Assembly (NCBI GenBank): GCA_039621445.1
Contig: CP154954.1
Span: 45,735,847 to 45,799,846, forward strand
Source: Euglena gracilis
Lineage: Eukaryota
Direction of reading: 5' to 3'
Length of the DNA stretch: 64,000 nucleotides
Made by a program: the position numbers and the translations under genes. Below the pieces are notes generated by a model. That model worked only from the letters and a program-made list of their open reading frames with translations, did no database searches and was not told the DNA's origin. Below, in pieces: positions 23,501 through 35,865 of this stretch; within the stretch, counting starts at the first letter, position 1, and every line of letters starts with the position of its first letter.

Positions 23501-26500
23501 ACCGAAGCTGGCCGGTCTTGTCCCGGAGGCCAATTAACCAATCAGGGGGTGAGGGTATGAAAAAACCCAAAAATGGGTTTTTTCATCCGTGCTTTCAAAA
23601 AAGCTTTGTTCCCCCCCCCCAGCAGCTCAGTTGAGAATTAAGGGCCACAATCTGCATTTTTTGTGCAGCCCCCATCCCCGAAATATTTGTGCTGCAATCC
23701 ATACTGTTTTCGGGCAGCCCAGGTAAAAATGTTAGGTTAACGATCCGTACTTTTTTTTGGTCAGCGCCCCCCCCCCAATTTGGGGCACAATGGCTGCTTT
23801 TTTTGGGAAGCCCACTGGAAATTTTGGGCCATGATCTGCTGGGGCACCCCCCCCAAATATCTGTGCAATGATCCGTACTGTTTTTTGAGCAGCCCAGCTG
23901 AAAATTCAGGGCCGCGATCCACATTTGTAATTTTTGTTGGACCCCGGGTTTTTCAGATTTATGGTTGGTAATTTTGTTGGACCCCCCCCGGGGTTTTTTT
24001 GGAATCACCGTTGGTGGTAGTTTTTTGTTGGACCCCCGGGTTTTCCCAGCTTTAACCCCCTGGGTTTTTGGGTCATGGTTGGTAAATTTTGTTGGATCCC
24101 CCCCGGGTTTCACAATAAATGGATATTTTTCACACAGACAGCATGTTCACTCTCTATGCGATCGGTGGCATTCAGGGATTCCTGTGTTTTCTTTTCAGGG
24201 TCGCTGAACATCACAAAGGAAGAAGTCATTTTTAAGTATGTTCAACAATCATGCTCACCAGGGATTGAGATTCAGGAAGTGAAGGTGAAGTGTGTTGCAT
24301 CTTTGTTAGAAGGTAATCTGTTGAAGCGTTTCGTTTTTACCTTACTTTTTGCTGTGTGCATCAGTCCGTGGTTGGCTTGTAAATTTGGTTGTAGATTTCA
24401 TTAGACACAAATTCCCTGGACTTTTGCCCTTTTTTTTACAGAATTACCGTTGGTAAATGGACCCCCAGGGATTTTTCAAAATTGCGGTTGGCAAATTTTC
24501 TTTGGACCCCTGCTGGGATTTTTCAAATTTATGGCTTGGAAATTTCTATTGGAACCCCCCTGTGTTTTCAGAAGTGCGGTTGGGGAATTTATATGTAAGA
24601 CCCCCCTGGGTTTTTTCAGAATTACGGTTGAGAAATTTTTGTTGGACCCCCTGGGTTTTTTTTCGGTTGGTAAATTTTTTGGGTCTGTTAAGGTACGACG
24701 GACCCCCCCCCTCCCTTTCAGTTATATTGCGCCGCCCTTTAAATGGTCAGAGACCCGCATGCCGGTGTGGTTTTTGTGGTTATTGCCACGTTGATTGCCA
24801 CATTTTTGTTGGGGGTTTTCCTCCTTGCCCCCCCCCCCCCCGTGGTTTATCAACTGTAATTCTGAAAAACCCAGAAGGGGTCCAACAAAATTTGAACCGA
24901 AGGGGGTCCAACAAAAATTTGCAAACAGGGGTTCCAAAGAAAATTCACCAACCGTAAATTTCTGAAAAAAGCCTGGGGCCTCACACACAATGGCCAACCG
25001 TGAAACTGCGAAAACCCAGAAGGGTTCCAACAAAATTTCACCAATGGTAATTCTGAAAAAACCCTTGGGGAGGTCCAACAAAAATTTGCCATCATAATTC
25101 TAAAAAAACCCAGGGCCATAATTCATAAAAAAAACCCCAGGGGGTGCAACAGAAATTGGTATTTATCCGTTATGGTGGGACGGGACCCTTTCGGTTGTGG
25201 TGCAACGCCTTCTTTTCCTCTTAACTGTGACTGTGCAGGGTTATTTGGAGGAATGGTGTTTGGAGGAAAATGCCTCCATGTTCAGGATGGCAAATCCCCT
25301 TTCGGGGGCCGGAGGGTTGGTGGGCTTTATCTTTCTTCACCCCCTGTTCATCTGAAAAAATCCTGGGAGGGTTTTCGACATTTAACGAAAGGGACAACAA
25401 AATTTAACGACCATTCTAAAAAAACGTAGGGGGGGACAACAAAATTTACCATCTTTTTGCATTCCGCAGAACAATGGTTGGGGAATTTTCGGTCCCCCCC
25501 TCCGGGTTTTTCCAGGTTTACAGTTGGTGAGTATTTGTTCGACCCCCCCCCTGGGGTTTTTTCAGAATTACAGTTGACAATTTTTTGTTGGAACCCGTCT
25601 GCGTTCCCAGACTTGCGGGTTGGCCAATTTTGGTGGACCCCCCCTGGGTTTTTCAGAATTACGGTTGGAAAAGTCTTGTTGGCCCCCCGTGGGTTTTTTT
25701 CAGAATTATTACGGTTGTGAATTTTTGTAGAACCCCCCCCTGGGTTTTCTCAGAATCACGGTTTGGAAGTTTTAGTTGGACACCTCCTTGCTTTTTTCAG
25801 ATTTACAGTTGGCAGTTTTTCGTTGACACCCCCAAGGTTTTTTTCAGAATTACGGTTGGCAATTTTTTTGGCCCACTGGAATTTTTGTGGCACCCCCTGG
25901 GTTTTTTTTAAAAAGTTTAAAAGAATATGGTTGGTTTTTTTTCTCAGAATTACGGTTGTTCAATTTTCCCTGTGTATTTTCCATAATTACGGTTGCTGAA
26001 TTTTTGTTGGACCCCTGAATTGTTTCAGGCAGACGTTTGTTGGACCCCCGTGCTGGGTTTTTTTCCAGAATTTATTTTTGTTGCAATCCCTGTGGTTTTT
26101 TTTACAATTATCATTGATGAATTTATGTTGGACCCGACCCCCCTGGGTTTTTCAAAATTGCAGTTGGGAAATTTGTGTTGGACCCCCTGGATTTTAACAA
26201 AATGACGGTTGGTTTTTTTTTAGAATTGCAGTGGTAAATTTTTGTTGCATCCCCTGGGGTTGAAAAAACCCAGATTTTCGGCTGACAAATTTTTGTTGGA
26301 CCTCCCCAGAGGCTTTTTCAGAATTACGGTTGGAAGTTTTTGTCAGACCCCCCGAGGTTTTTTCAGAATCACCGTTGGCAAATTTTTGTTGGACCCCCCC
26401 CCCCCGGGTTTTTTCACAAGTGCGGTTGCGAAATCTTTGTTGATGATGCCCCCAGTGGTTTTCTCGGAATTGCCCCCGGGTTTTGCGGTATTGCGGTATT

Positions 26501-29250
26501 TAAATTTTTGTCAAACCCCCTGGGTTTTTGTTCAAAATTACATTTGCTATTTTCATAAATACGGGTTGTAAATTTTTGTAGCACTCCTTGGGTTGGCAAA
26601 TTTTGTTGGACCCCCCTTGTCTTCCCCCAGATGTACAGTTGGTAATTCTTCATTGGCATCGCCCCTGGGTTTTTCAGAATTACGGTTGGCAAAAAAATTC
26701 TTATGCTCCGTGCTTTTTTTTTCAGACACAGTTTGCCAATTTTGTCGGACCCCCCCCCTGGGTTTTTTGTTGGAACCCCCCTGGGTTCTTTTTTTCAGAA
26801 TCACCGTTGGCAATTTTTTGTTGGCTGATGTGTTTTCAGAATTACGGTTGGCAAAGTTGAAAAGAAGGGTGGCCTCGGTGCTTTCGTTTTGATGCTTGAT
26901 TGTCTTTTGCATTTTTTTTGGTTCTGCAGGTTCAATTGAGCTTTTTTTGACGGAATTCTAGACTTGCGGCGATTGTGAGCATTTATTGAATTTTTTTGTT
27001 GCTCTCAAATTTTTTGCTTTGTCTCTCAATGTGCCAAAAAAACCAGCAGTTAAAAATCAAACAGCAGCAAAAAAAGCAGGATCAAACGTTTTCCATGATT
27101 TTGCATGCTAAAGATCGTAAAAAATTTTGTTGCACCCCACACCACCACATTCATTAGAAGTACGACACCGCGGGCTCCGCACTTCCCTTTTGAGGCCATG
27201 CCAAGTAGCTTCCCAGGTTTTCCCTTTGGCAAATACTTTCAACAAATTCGGCAAAACCCCCACCTGCACCCCTCCTTTCTTTCATGTCAATGTTAAGACC
27301 CCCCCGGAAAAAAGGGCCCGAATTAGAAATGTCAAAATTTTAAAAAATCGCCCTTTTGGAGCCCTCGTCTGCCAGGGAATTTTCTTTTCGACGATAAAAC
27401 CAAAGATAAAAAATTTAAAATTTAAAAAATTGAAAAATCAATTTCATCTTCGACCTCCATAACCCGCCTTCTTTGAAAAAAAGGGAGGGGAAAAAAGGGG
27501 GAATTTTAATAAATTCAGGTTTTAAATAATCACCCTTTCTGACGCCCCGAAAAAAAAAAAGGCTGGCGCCTGTCGCAAAGGCGGGTAGCTTCGAAAAAGG
27601 CACGGGAAAAAAGGACGCCCCAAAAACAGCCTGAAAAACACTGTGTATATCCTCCCATGCAAATCATCGGCATCCCTCCCTTCCGCTCTCTTCGAAATTG
27701 CGCGGATAGCGTACTCTCCAAGGAAAAATGAATGCGTTTAGTCCCGCGCGAAGCTGTGCCCCCTCAAGCGGAGGCCGCCTCTTAGGTCTTTTTGGGGCAC
27801 TGGCAAATTCTAAAAACGCAGCGGCGGCTCTGAAACCGCTCTCCAAAACAGTCCCATTCTTTCACAACGGAAAAAAAGGATAGCTCCACAGCACTTCACT
27901 TCGTTCGACCGTAGCATAGCAACAACTGAAACTTAAGACGGACCATCCAAGCTCCGCACTTCGAGATCGCTTTCCTTGCCGGTTCTTGTGCTTCGCCCTC
28001 TTGGTCCCTTCCTCCCCCTCCCTGTGTCGTGGGAGTCCGATTGAGAATCCAAAATGGGAATCGTTCACGCACCGACTCGCCTTCAAAATCAAACACCTCG
28101 GGCTCCGAAATGGCGATGTTTGGACCAAACTTTCATTTGGGGTGAAAATTTTGTACACGAGTACGTTTGCGTGTACCACCGTCAACGTGTACATTTTGTA
28201 CATTCAACGCCCCCCAAAGTCCCTGCACCCACTCAAACCTTGGGACAATGTACAATGTACACGTGTAACCCGTTGGAGCACCATGAACACAAACGGTGCA
28301 CGCTGGTGAATATATTTTGGATCCTTCAAGGAGCATCCAAAACATGAAAAAAAATCGAAAAAGGCCAAACTCGGTTGTCTTTTTCTAGATCCATCGAAAT
28401 TGAAGAGAATCAGGACCCAACACAGAATTACAGCTTCAACTGCAAAGTGGCCAACACAAACCAGGCCCAAACAGAATGTTCATTCTGTGTTGTTTTGCAG
28501 TGTTTGTGAAGTCGTTGAAGCATTTTTACAATCAAAACTTCTTTGTGTTTCATGCATATGCAATATCTCTTCTGTGGCACGCAGATCTGTCATCACAACA
28601 ATCCATCAGATCCTATTAACGTCTTCTGGGTATTTTCTGTACCACCATTCATCTCGTTACAACCTCTCATATCATATGTGGCACACAAACCGAACATTTT
28701 CCTTTTGCTCAATTGTGGGTGGTAAACCAAATCTTTGCTCAGACATTTGCATGTTGCCTTCGTTGTGGCATCGTGCCTATTTGTTTGGCTCTGCTTCTTT
28801 TATGTTTTTGTGTTTTGTAAGTGTTATAGACAAGTGATATTGCCCTGAGACGTCGTCATGCAAATTTCAAATTGAAATGAAATGAAATGCACCACTTATG
28901 CAAACCTGCTCTTTGTTTGACCTAATCCTCCAAATAGTGGATTCATTCACGTTTTTTGGGGGTAAGGTCAGAAGTCTTTTTCACTGCTGAGAATTTTTTG
29001 CATTCAACAAAATCTATTCTTTTTGGGTTTTCCCCTCTAAAGTGGAACCATTCCTCCTGAGCTGCCTTTTATTTCGCGGAAACACAAAAAAGACGAACCA
29101 CAAGAAGGATGTCAAGGCTTGTGGTGAAAATCTTCTCAGGATTATCCCCCCCTCCAATAAGTTCGCAGTGCCCTAATTGTGTGCAGTGCCCTAATAAGTG
29201 CACACACCCCAGGGTCTGAAACTGCCACCCTAAAAAGTCCGCACCCCCCC
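20581..29250. mobile_element. Large unclassified interspersed repeat, copy A (right end undefined)
   Basis: Collinear and highly similar to 53261-62189 and 50235-52210; all three start TTATAGGTGCCGCCCCGGCGGC. Confidence 0.8.
21780..26860. repeat. Degenerate ~45-bp minisatellite arrays inside copy A; equivalent arrays at about 54380-59745 in copy C
   Basis: Units GGGCAGCCCAGCTGAAAATTTAGGGCCACGATCCG and GTTGGACCCCCCTGGGTTTTTTCAGAATTACGGTTGG; inverted block at about 24850-25150. Confidence 0.8.
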
Positions 29251-30786
29251 CCTTAAAGGATAAATCACTGTCACGTCTCAGGTCGGAAAGCACACAATTC
29301 TCAAAACTCTCCTTCTCAAACCAACCATTTCTATCGTCCAAGGCCAAATTTGACGCGTAATCACTTGACTCATAGCTTGAAATCACAAAATAGGGGGAAA
29401 ATTGAAAAAAAGTGGTGGTAAGGTGACCATTTTTGCCTTTGTCGTGAAAAGTGCGCACCGCCGTAGTAAGTGCACACCCCTTGGGGTCAGAAACTACGTC
29501 CTTAAAATGCGCGCACCCGTGCACTTATTAGGTGGGGGGGTACTGAAAATTGCACATTACCATCCCATGAGACTTCGTTCACCTTGTGGAGGGAACCTGG
29601 TGCAAGTGGAAGAGCAACAAAGAGTGATCCAAAAGACCTTTTGGCACAACCCGTGAACGCTAAGAAAGCACAAAAACTGCCGCAGCTCGTGGATTTCTTG
29701 GACACCATATGGAAACATATGACGCCACCTTGGAGAGTGTGGTTGCAGGTGGTAATCCAACTTTGAATCGCGGCCTTGGAGGAACACTTCGAACCGAAGT
29801 TCTCAAGGGGCAAGTTGAAAGTACAGCGGACGGAAGTTGTCGTGGTTATATGAAGGTAAGGAACTGTAAAACAGGGGATGAATTGTACAAATATATTAGG
29901 ATACCGAAAGGCTGTTCTGGTCTTAGATTCTTGTGAACACAATGTAATCAGAGTTTGGGAAGCGTCATGTTCAAATTACTAAACTCCCTCAAGCTTTCAT
30001 GCTTTCCACATCCTTGTGGTAAGTATTTAAGAGCTAAACTCCTTGATCTTAGATTGTGCTGAGTAGAGAAAAAAGAGGTGTGAGAGAGGTTGTGTTTGAC
30101 GCATCGTCCTTCTGTGCCCGGGCTAGTCCAGGTGTGGCACCTGCCGAACGAATCACTAATTAGCACATGACGAAAGTGACGTATTACAGGACCGGAAGCT
30201 CTGACCAAGAATGGTGGGTCGTAAGGAACATCTCGCAAGCGCTTGTTCCCGCCCATGAGTGTTTCATTTCGGCTTTTCGGCTTTTTGACACATTTTTTGC
30301 GGCTTTTCGGCTTTTTAGCCGTTGTCCTTCGGCTTTTCAGCGATTATGCCGTTCACTTTTGACTTTTTGGCTTTTTTGCCACTCGTTTTTGGCAATTCGC
30401 CTTTTTAGCCGTATTCTTCTCTTTGATCCTTCTTCCGTGCGTGCTGATCTTCCTTGTCTTGCTTTTTTTTTTAAGGAATTCCTTATTTCGGACGTGAAAC
30501 ATTCTGCACAAGACATTCATTTTTCATTTCCATTCAGTTCACCATGGCACAAAGCAGGAAGTTTTTTTTCCTGGATTTATGTTCCCCGTTGGCCTTGAAA
30601 TGACGCCTGAAGGTGAAGGAGCTGAAGGTTATAGAAGTGGTGGCATGGTGGCCATAAGTCCAAGGACTTTGTGAGAGGAATTTTGGCTTTTTTTTCAGTC
30701 TTCCCACTTCTCAAAACCGCAACCTTGCCATCCAAGACTTGCAAAAACAACCATTAGATGCATTTTTCGCAAGATGAATATCTCAC

Positions 30787-31215
30787 TGTGTACCAGGCAC
30801 GTCCCAGCTCTGTAGGATATCTGCAGAGTGGGTTCTGTGACGGTCGCACCACTGTGGAAACCCACAGCTGGTAAGATCGTGGCAGACCCTTCTGGGATCT
30901 GCCCCTGGACACGTCAGCACTTTTCTCTCCTTCCCCCACAGGTGGTATTATTTACTCTCACAATCTCCAAGTTTCACCTTTGGATTTGTCAGAGGGAAAA
31001 ACCCTCAGAACAATCAACTTTGATCTCAGAAGAAAACTTCTGAATCTTTGCTTTGTGCTTTGCCTCTTGGGGAATTGGGAAGAAAAGGGGAAAACCACTT
31101 TTCGTTACTCCAAAGACTTTTCCCTACCATAAGTAGGCTGCGCACCAAGGCGAAAGCGAAAGGCTTTTACAGAAAGTCCCAAAAAGGGAAAAAGGGAAAG
31201 CTTTGGACGTACACT
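30787..31215 (+). repeat. 5' LTR of element 2
   Basis: TGTGTACCAGG...GGACGTACACT followed by the PBS TGGTAGCAG. Confidence 0.95.
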
Positions 31216-31410
31216 TGGTAGCAGAATAGGTCAAAGATCCTACAGAAAGAAAGGCTACCAGGTAATACACTTGGTAGCAGAATAGGTCAAAGATCCTACA
31301 GAAAGAAAGGCTACCAGGTAATACACTTGGTAGCAGAATAGGTCAAAGATCCTACAGAAAGAAAGGCTACCAGGTAATACACTTGGTAGCAGATTTAGGC
31401 AACGATCCTA
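31210..31410 (+). repeat. 56-bp tandem repeat carrying four tRNA-iMet primer-binding sites
   Basis: TGGTAGCAG at 31216, 31272, 31328 and 31384. Confidence 0.92.
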
Positions 31411-31637
31411 CACAGACGTTCCACACAGAGAAACTCTGTGGTTGACTGGTGGTGAGGATCGTACTGAGCCGTGAAACACGGTGAAAGTACTGTTCCTGGC
31501 CCCTAGCCAACCTTTAAGCAAGGATACAGGTCTCAGAAGGCTCTGTTCGGTAATCGCCGATACAACCTTTCTGGTCCCTGTTTCTCTGCTTATTTGTGTG
31601 AATTTTTGGGTTTTTGCCTTTTTACCCATCTCAAAAG

Positions 31638-34600
31638 ATGCAGAGCACAAGCCCCAACCCCAAATTTGATTATGACTTGTTGATGAGTTCATTGAGCAAT
31701 TGTGATGAAGATTGCGGGGATTGGAACGGTTTGAATGAAACAAGTTCCAATTCCCGACCCCCCAAGCAAGAAGAAGGCAATTTGACTCATTTGTCATTGT
31801 CAAAAGGCGAAACGCCTTTATCATTGCATGGGGGTAATGAACCCTCTTCATCATCTTTGTCATTGATTGTCCGGGATGTAGGTGGCAAAATGCCTTCCTC
31901 CATCCCGATTCACCCATCATTGATGCGGCGAGGGGATGAACCCCTTGCACCCCCACACTTGGTTACTCATGTTACCCATGAACAAAGTGAGGGGTATTTG
32001 CCCTTTGCTCTGTTCACACCCAAAAGATCCCCGGTGGAAGCACCGGTGGGCCTTTTGGAGTGCAACTCGGTGGAAACACCGTGTTTTTTCCAACCCCCCC
32101 CTCAATTACCACCCCCCACACCATTTCACGCTTTGCCGGGATTACCCGCGGAAGCTGCGGTTTTCCCTGCATTGCCATGGAACCCAGATATGCGTCTGGT
32201 GGTGCCGGAAATCTCTGGTGCCGTTTCTATTGTGGAGGACTATGAGGAAGATTTGAGGGATAACCTCACCCCCGGTGATGTTTTCCGAATTCTCGGTCAA
32301 CTTCCAGCGGATCACCCGCTTAGCAAGCAAATTTTGCATGTCCACCAATGCGTTGCGGAATGCGCAACCATGCTCAACAAAGTTTTGCAGTTTGATGAGG
32401 ACAATCAAAGGGTTGTCAACACCAAACTGGAATGTTGCTGGAATTATTTGCAGGAAATCGGCAAATATTGCCAACACAATTTTGAAAATGCGGGGAAAGA
32501 CCTTCAGCATTTTCGAGAAAGTGTTGACAGTATTTTGCGCATCCAACTTCCACAAAATTTCCAACAAATCAGCGAAATGCTGCATGAAGCGGAAACGCGG
32601 AATGATTCCAAGTTTCTGCATGTGCAGGATGGTATGAGCCATCTTTTTGCCCAATTGGAATCCTGTTCAACCATGTTACTGCAATTGCAGCAGCAGTTAC
32701 AAGCGCAAAATGCCACCCCCAAAATGCCGGAAATCGGTAACTTTGTCGCGGTTGAGCATTTTGCCACACTTACCACTTCTTTTCAAGAAGCGCAACAACG
32801 GATTTTGCATCTTGGCTCGGAAATCGAGCACTTGAAGCAATTTCAAGCGAAAGTGCAAGAGAATTTTGTTCCCCGTTCGCAAATCCAGTTTTGGAGGAAC
32901 GAATTTTACACTTGGAGCAAAAATCCTGCCATTGTGCCGCAAATCAGGATGGATTAACCACCTTGAACGCGAAAATCGCAGATTGCGCACAACGGTTGGA
33001 TTTTACGCAACAACAAATGCAAACGGACATTGGCGGTATTAATGCCACCGTTGTCGGTTTGCAGGAGCATGTTTTCGCACTTTCCAAGCGAATTCCCGAC
33101 ATTAGTGGTATTCAAGCCGCTATTGGGGAATTGCAAACCCGTTGCACCTTGTTGTCTACCACAGTGACGGAAATCCGCTCACTACCCCCCATTTCGCGTG
33201 CTCGGATATCCGAGTCACCGGAATTTCGCTCATTTTATGACAAAGTGCTTGGTGACAACAAGGAAACCTTGCAAGCATTTTGTACAAGTTTGCTCCAAAT
33301 CGAGGAAAGCGTGAATCGGAATGCCCGATCCATGCAAGATGAGGTTTCTCGGTTGGATGGACGAATTTCTGCGTTGTTGGAAAAGCCAACCGCGGAAAAT
33401 TCGCGCACCACCGTGGAAACCCCCACAAAGTCACTCCACCAATTGCAAACCGTCTCAAATGCGGTAAAAGCGCTTGCGGGTCAACTCCGGAATGTGGAGG
33501 AGTCCCAAGGAAATCTTGCCCAAGAATTACAATTGGTTTCTGAAAAGATGCCACACTTGGAAGATTTTTCCCGTTACCGCAAACGCGTTAGGCATTTGGA
33601 GACTGAGGTTGACCGTATTTGCGGCCAACTCCAGTTGGTGGAACATTTGGAAGAAACGGTGCATGACTTGTCCGCGAGTCTGGATAAAATGTCCACTCCG
33701 GTACCGGTTGTGCCACCATCCACCGCGGTAAGCGCTGCGGTTGGTATTCCAAATGTCCCGGAATCGCGTTCTCAAATTACCATTTCTGGAGTAGGAATCC
33801 CTACATCCACTGCGAATTTGGTACAACCACCCGCGAAAACGCGAATTGTACCACCTTTGCATTTGCCAACACCACAAACACACTCTTCGCACGACATTTC
33901 CGATGAGGAAATTGGCCCCCCACTCGAAAATTCGAGTCTCCACCAAGAAATTCAACATTCCAACCTTGTACGAGGTATGTGCCAACACCCCACACCTGGT
34001 ATTGGTCATGTGTCGCATTCGCGATCATACCAACAACCGACGGGTTCTGGAATGCCAGACCACCCATCGGATTTTCGGCGGGAAACCCGCCCCACTGGGG
34101 GAATTTCACCACATTTTCCGCGTTTCCCGCAGGAAAATCCTGCCAACCTTACACTTGGTGCGGGAAATCCTGCACGGGTTACACATGGAGCGGAAAATCC
34201 GCGAAACGCGTTTGGTGTTAAGAATTACCCTGACCCAAACCCCTGGAATACCACCGAGGGTCAGCGGGTTACTCAGAGAGACTTCAAGGGCACCATCGCA
34301 ATCGCGAACAAGGTGAAACCCCAATGGGACGGGGATCCAACCACATGGAGACAATTTTTTCGGGATTGGGAGTACTACTGGGCACTAAAAGGACCCACCC
34401 AAGACCCGAATCCCGAGGTAGTCAAGATGGAATTCATCGATTGCCTACCGAGGGAGGAGCGAGAACGCGCACGCAATTTGGTGATACGTAATGGCGTATC
34501 ATTCGATGACCTGGTTGAGCAATACGCTTCAACCAATTCAAGTCTGGTCACCAGGATTACCCTGGAGAAGAAGTGGCGACAAAGCGCGCCATCGGATCGC

Positions 34601-35713
34601 AAATGGAAATCCATTGACCTTTGGTATGCCAAATGGTTAGCACTTGCTTCCGAAGTTGATGAACTTAGCGAGAAGCAAATGCGTGAACAATTCGATGCGG
34701 TTTTGTTGCATTTCACACCATCCCTCGTGAAGGATATCCATCGCGAGGAGTTGGCAGGGCATGAGATGACTCTTGCCCAACGTTGGAATTATGTGTCAAA
34801 GCAACTCAAGCTCACACAAGTTTTAGGACAAATACAGTCCGCTTTCCAAACGCATCCCACCGCGGGAATCCCTGCGGGTGCGGTTAATGCATTGCAAAAA
34901 TCACCCATGTCACCAAGATCACCCACCACGGGACCGAAAACGCGGAATCAGCGTTCTTCGGACCAGGGCACGGATAAACTGTGCTTTTTGTGCAACAAAT
35001 CTGGTCACATGTCTCGGGAATGCCCGAATCCCGATGCGCGAAAGCGTATTGGAAGCCCAAGGGGCTCGACCTCCTCACGGGGATCGGGTTCCTCGGCGTT
35101 TTCACGTCAATCGGCAGTTTCACGGTCTTCGGAGAACCGCTTTAGCGGTAGTAGGCCCAAGTCACCATCGCGTGATGGTCGGGAAACCCGTCCTTCTCGC
35201 GGTCGGTCACCTGGCCCCCCTGCCCGAAAACGGGATTTCAACCGCGATTCTTCACGATCTCGTTCGCGAAGTGGATCATCCTCTTCACGCGAGTCAACGG
35301 GGAAGTCCCGATACACCGGTCATGGTCGACGGGAAACCCGTTCACCACGACGGTTTGACGGAAAAACGGAATACCGTTCCCCCCGTTATGCGGAATCCCG
35401 CCACAAATCCCGTTGTTCACTTTGCGGTTCCAAAGATCACCACGCATCCAAATGTCCCAGATCTCGTTCCCCCCGGCCCGGCTACGGAAATCGCGGTAAG
35501 CGCCGCGATGACCGTGGTTACTCCTCCAACCGGCAAAAGGTCGGTTTCAAGATATCTTGTTTGGAGGAGGACACCCCGGCTTCGGGCAGGGAGGGGGATG
35601 AGACCTCGGACGGGGAATTTAATGAGGCCCGAATGGCGGTGCGCTCATTGAATTCCATCTATTCCACCAAAAAGTCCGTCGCCGGCTATGCGGCCGGTTC
35701 GGACTTGGAGTAG
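31638..35713 (+). CDS. gag: Gag of element 2 (~1350 aa), one frameshift in the T-run near 32890
   Basis: ORFs 31614-32957 and 32891-35713 join by homology to the Gag of element 1 (VQHLEERL versus IQF/LEERI); knuckles CFLCNKSGHMSRECP and CSLCGSKDHHASKCP. Confidence 0.88.
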
Positions 35714-35865
35714 GGGAGCCCGAGGTCCGAGGGCACGGACCTCTGGGCTGATGAACAGATGGAGGTAAGACCTGATCAACCTTACCCCCCTGCCCATCCG
35801 CCTTCACGGTCAGTACCCGGAATTATTTCGGGTCCCCTACCCCCCACTCCACATTTCCGCTCGGA

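Noticed and set aside
23930-26860. Many F/G/P-rich short ORFs, and a possible repeat-spacer array
   Set aside because: These are translations of a degenerate minisatellite with no constant repeat and unique spacer structure.
29584-29936. Short protein-like ORFs near the end of repeat copy A
   Set aside because: No recognisable domain or supportable exon chain; left uncalled.
31210-31410. CRISPR-like array
   Set aside because: The units are identical tandem copies without unique spacers, no cas genes are present, and the context is eukaryotic.
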